A DNA stretch of 25,439 nucleotides. Origin: Rhodothermota bacterium (lineage in GTDB: Bacteria > Hydrogenedentota > Hydrogenedentia > Hydrogenedentales > GCA-2746185). The position numbers and the translations under genes are program-made. This document shows positions 23,733-25,439 of this stretch, in pieces; position 1 is the first letter of the stretch; each line of letters opens with the position of its first letter. The notes under the pieces are model-generated. The model was not told the origin of the DNA and did not search any database. It worked only from the letters and a program-made list of their open reading frames with translations. The stretch spans positions 1 to 25,439 of the forward strand of contig VFKU01000787.1 of assembly GCA_009885415.1 (NCBI GenBank), read 5' to 3'.

Positions 23733-23812
23733 TCAACACAGAGTCACAGAGAACACGAAGAAGTTCAAATGATTGTCTGGGCTTCTCCGTGTTCTCTGTG
23801 ACTCTGTGTTGA
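23733..23812. repeat. REP/MITE-like inverted-repeat element (31-bp arms, 18-nt spacer)
   Basis: 23733-23763 TCAACACAGAGTCACAGAGAACACGAAGAAG matches the reverse complement of 23782-23812 at 30/31 positions. The arms are built from CACAGAG-like subrepeats. Confidence 0.85.
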
Positions 23813-23817
23813 TCTCT

Positions 23818-24663
23818 TCACGCCTTTGCCCACGCTCCCCGCACGAACCTCGCGCCTTCTTTGGCGATGTGCTCCTCGCTCGGGGCCATCTTGCGCCAGA
23901 TGCAGGTCGCCCCGGCGAGCTCCGGCAGCCACTCGCCGAAGGCCTCAATCGTCAGCCAGCCGTCGTAGCCGATGCTCTTCAGCGCGCGCAGCGTCGTCGC
24001 ATAGTCGACATGGTCCTCGCCCGGCGTCGCGCGGTCGTTCGCCGAAATGTGCACGTGGTTGATCCGCTTGCCGCCCGCGCGCACCGCCGCCTCGATGCCC
24101 TTCTCCTCGATGTTCGCATGGAAGGTATCGTACATGTGGCCCACCCACGGGCTGTTCACTGCGTCCGAGACCGCCTTCGCGTCCGCCTGCGAATTGAGCA
24201 CGTAGGTCTCGAAGCGGTTCAGCGGCTCGACCGAAATCTTTACCTTCGCCGCTTCTGCGTGCGGCGCGAGCGAGATCAGGCTCTCGACCAGCCGCTTGCG
24301 TTCCTCCGCCGTCGGCCCGCGCCCGGCAAGTTGACCAACCGGATGGTAAATCGGCCCGGCAAGCGTCTCCGCGCCGAGCGTCACGCAGGAATCGATCGAC
24401 GCGCGCAGGTGATCCAGCGCGCGCTGCCGCGTGCCCGCGTCCTCCGCCACCAGCGAGGTCTCTGCCGGCAACACGCTGACCACCGTCGAGCCCATGCTGA
24501 GGTCTTTCATCTTCTGCCGCAGCGTCCCCCACGGCGATCCCTTCGCGTCGAACATAGGAAACTCGACCCCGTCGAAGCCCCAGCCCTTGATTTTCTCGAG
24601 CAGCGGGATGTGCTGCTCCGTCGCCGAGGCTGTCCAGAGGAGTAGATTCATTCCAAGCTTCAT
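23818..24663 (-). CDS. Sugar phosphate isomerase/epimerase, D-psicose/D-tagatose 3-epimerase-like TIM barrel (281 aa)
   Basis: MKLGMNLLLWT, GFDGVEFP, EPLNRFE, YDTFHANIEE, HVHISANDR..PG, LTIEAF metal-binding motifs. Confidence 0.9.
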   Translation of the reverse strand: MKLGMNLLLWTASATEQHIPLLEKIKGWGFDGVEFPMFDAKGSPWGTLRQKMKDLSMGSTVVSVLPAETSLVAEDAGTRQRALDHLRASIDSCVTLGAETLAGPIYHPVGQLAGRGPTAEERKRLVESLISLAPHAEAAKVKISVEPLNRFETYVLNSQADAKAVSDAVNSPWVGHMYDTFHANIEEKGIEAAVRAGGKRINHVHISANDRATPGEDHVDYATTLRALKSIGYDGWLTIEAFGEWLPELAGATCIWRKMAPSEEHIAKEGARFVRGAWAKA

Positions 24664-24784
24664 GGGCGCAATCCTTTCGTGAGGTATCCGAAGAGAATAC
24701 CGACTTTTCGCCCCACATCAAAGCCGCCCTTTCCTGTGCTACGATGAAAACCACAATCGAAAGCCGCACAAAAGGATTACCGCC

Positions 24785-25439
24785 ATGACCCGCGTCCTTC
24801 CGCTCGTTCTGCTCGTTGCTGTACTTCTCAATCTGCCCGCCATCGCCGAGGATGCTCCGCCCTGGGTCACTTACGAAGGCGGCAAAGGCCCCGGCAAGGG
24901 CAAACACATCGTCATCGTCTCCGGGGACGACGAGTACCGCTCCGAGGAGTCGATGCCGCAGCTCGGGAAAATCCTCGCCGAGCGCCACGGCTTCACGGTT
25001 ACGGTCCTCTTCGCGATCAACAAGACGACCGGCGCGATCGATCCCGCCGCGCAGGACAATATCCCCGGCTTGCAGGTGCTCGACACCGCCGACCTCATGG
25101 TGCTCTTCCTGCGCTTCCGTCAATTGCCCGACGACCAGATGAAGCACATCATGGACTACACCAACTCCGGTAAACCGATCGTCGCGCTGCGCACCTCGAC
25201 GCATCCCTTTATGTACAAGGACGCCGCGAGTCCCTATGCGAAATGGAGTTGGACGAGCAAAGACCCTCAGGGCGGCTACGGCCGCGAAGTGCTCGGCGAG
25301 ACCTGGATCAACCACTACGGCCAGCACGAGAAGCAAAGCACGCGCGGCATCGCGGCGCCCGGCCGCGAAGGCGATCCCATTCTGCGCGGCTGCGAGAACG
25401 TCTGGGGCGCGTCCGACGTCTACGAAGTGACCACGCTCA
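24785..25439 (+). CDS. Secreted ThuA-like domain protein (partial, runs off the right edge)
   Basis: My own translation: MTRVLPLVLLVAVLLNLPAIA-EDAPPWVTYEGGKGPGKGKHIVIVSGDDEYRSEESMPQLGKIL...DNIPGL...FLRFRQLP...RTSTHPF...GETWINHYG. AAAGGA Shine-Dalgarno site; open to the window end; absent from the ORF track. Confidence 0.8.
   Translation, partial: MTRVLPLVLLVAVLLNLPAIAEDAPPWVTYEGGKGPGKGKHIVIVSGDDEYRSEESMPQLGKILAERHGFTVTVLFAINKTTGAIDPAAQDNIPGLQVLDTADLMVLFLRFRQLPDDQMKHIMDYTNSGKPIVALRTSTHPFMYKDAASPYAKWSWTSKDPQGGYGREVLGETWINHYGQHEKQSTRGIAAPGREGDPILRGCENVWGASDVYEVTTL

Noticed and set aside
23733-23812. CRISPR array interpretation of either long repeat element (also 4096-4166)
   Set aside because: Only two copies, inverted rather than direct, with no spacer series and no cas genes.
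23945-25336. 463-aa minus-strand ORF
   Set aside because: Antisense to the ThuA-like gene and out of frame with the epimerase; no motifs.

Overview
This is a GC-rich bacterial window of mostly housekeeping and accessory genes. The mix of CFI-box-CTERM, Ig-repeat surface protein, ThuA-like and Tat-exported proteins suggests Ca. Hydrogenedentota or a PVC-like lineage (inference only). Left end: a lower-GC two-gene cassette with no integrase, made of a Vsr endonuclease fused in-frame to a C5-cytosine methyltransferase and a translationally coupled DUF4928-like gene; this is a candidate restriction-modification or defence system with built-in T:G repair. Next come an acyl-CoA dehydrogenase, gdhA, a DUF4203-like membrane protein, a CtaA-CtaB heme A/heme O synthase fusion with SCO, an RND adaptor and permease, and TetR plus GNAT with two candidate operators. 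A 1176-aa surface protein looks like a CLCA-type metalloprotease with a degenerate HExxH motif, four Ig-like domains inserted in the protease domain and no apparent vWA domain. The right part holds a Rieske plus cytochrome b-cytochrome c fusion pair, an NTF2-like lipoprotein, a penicillin-acylase-family gene broken by one in-frame TAG, a sugar epimerase and a partial ThuA-like gene. There are two long intergenic inverted-repeat (REP/MITE-like) elements and two terminator hairpins. Family names come from motif recognition by eye; no database search was run.
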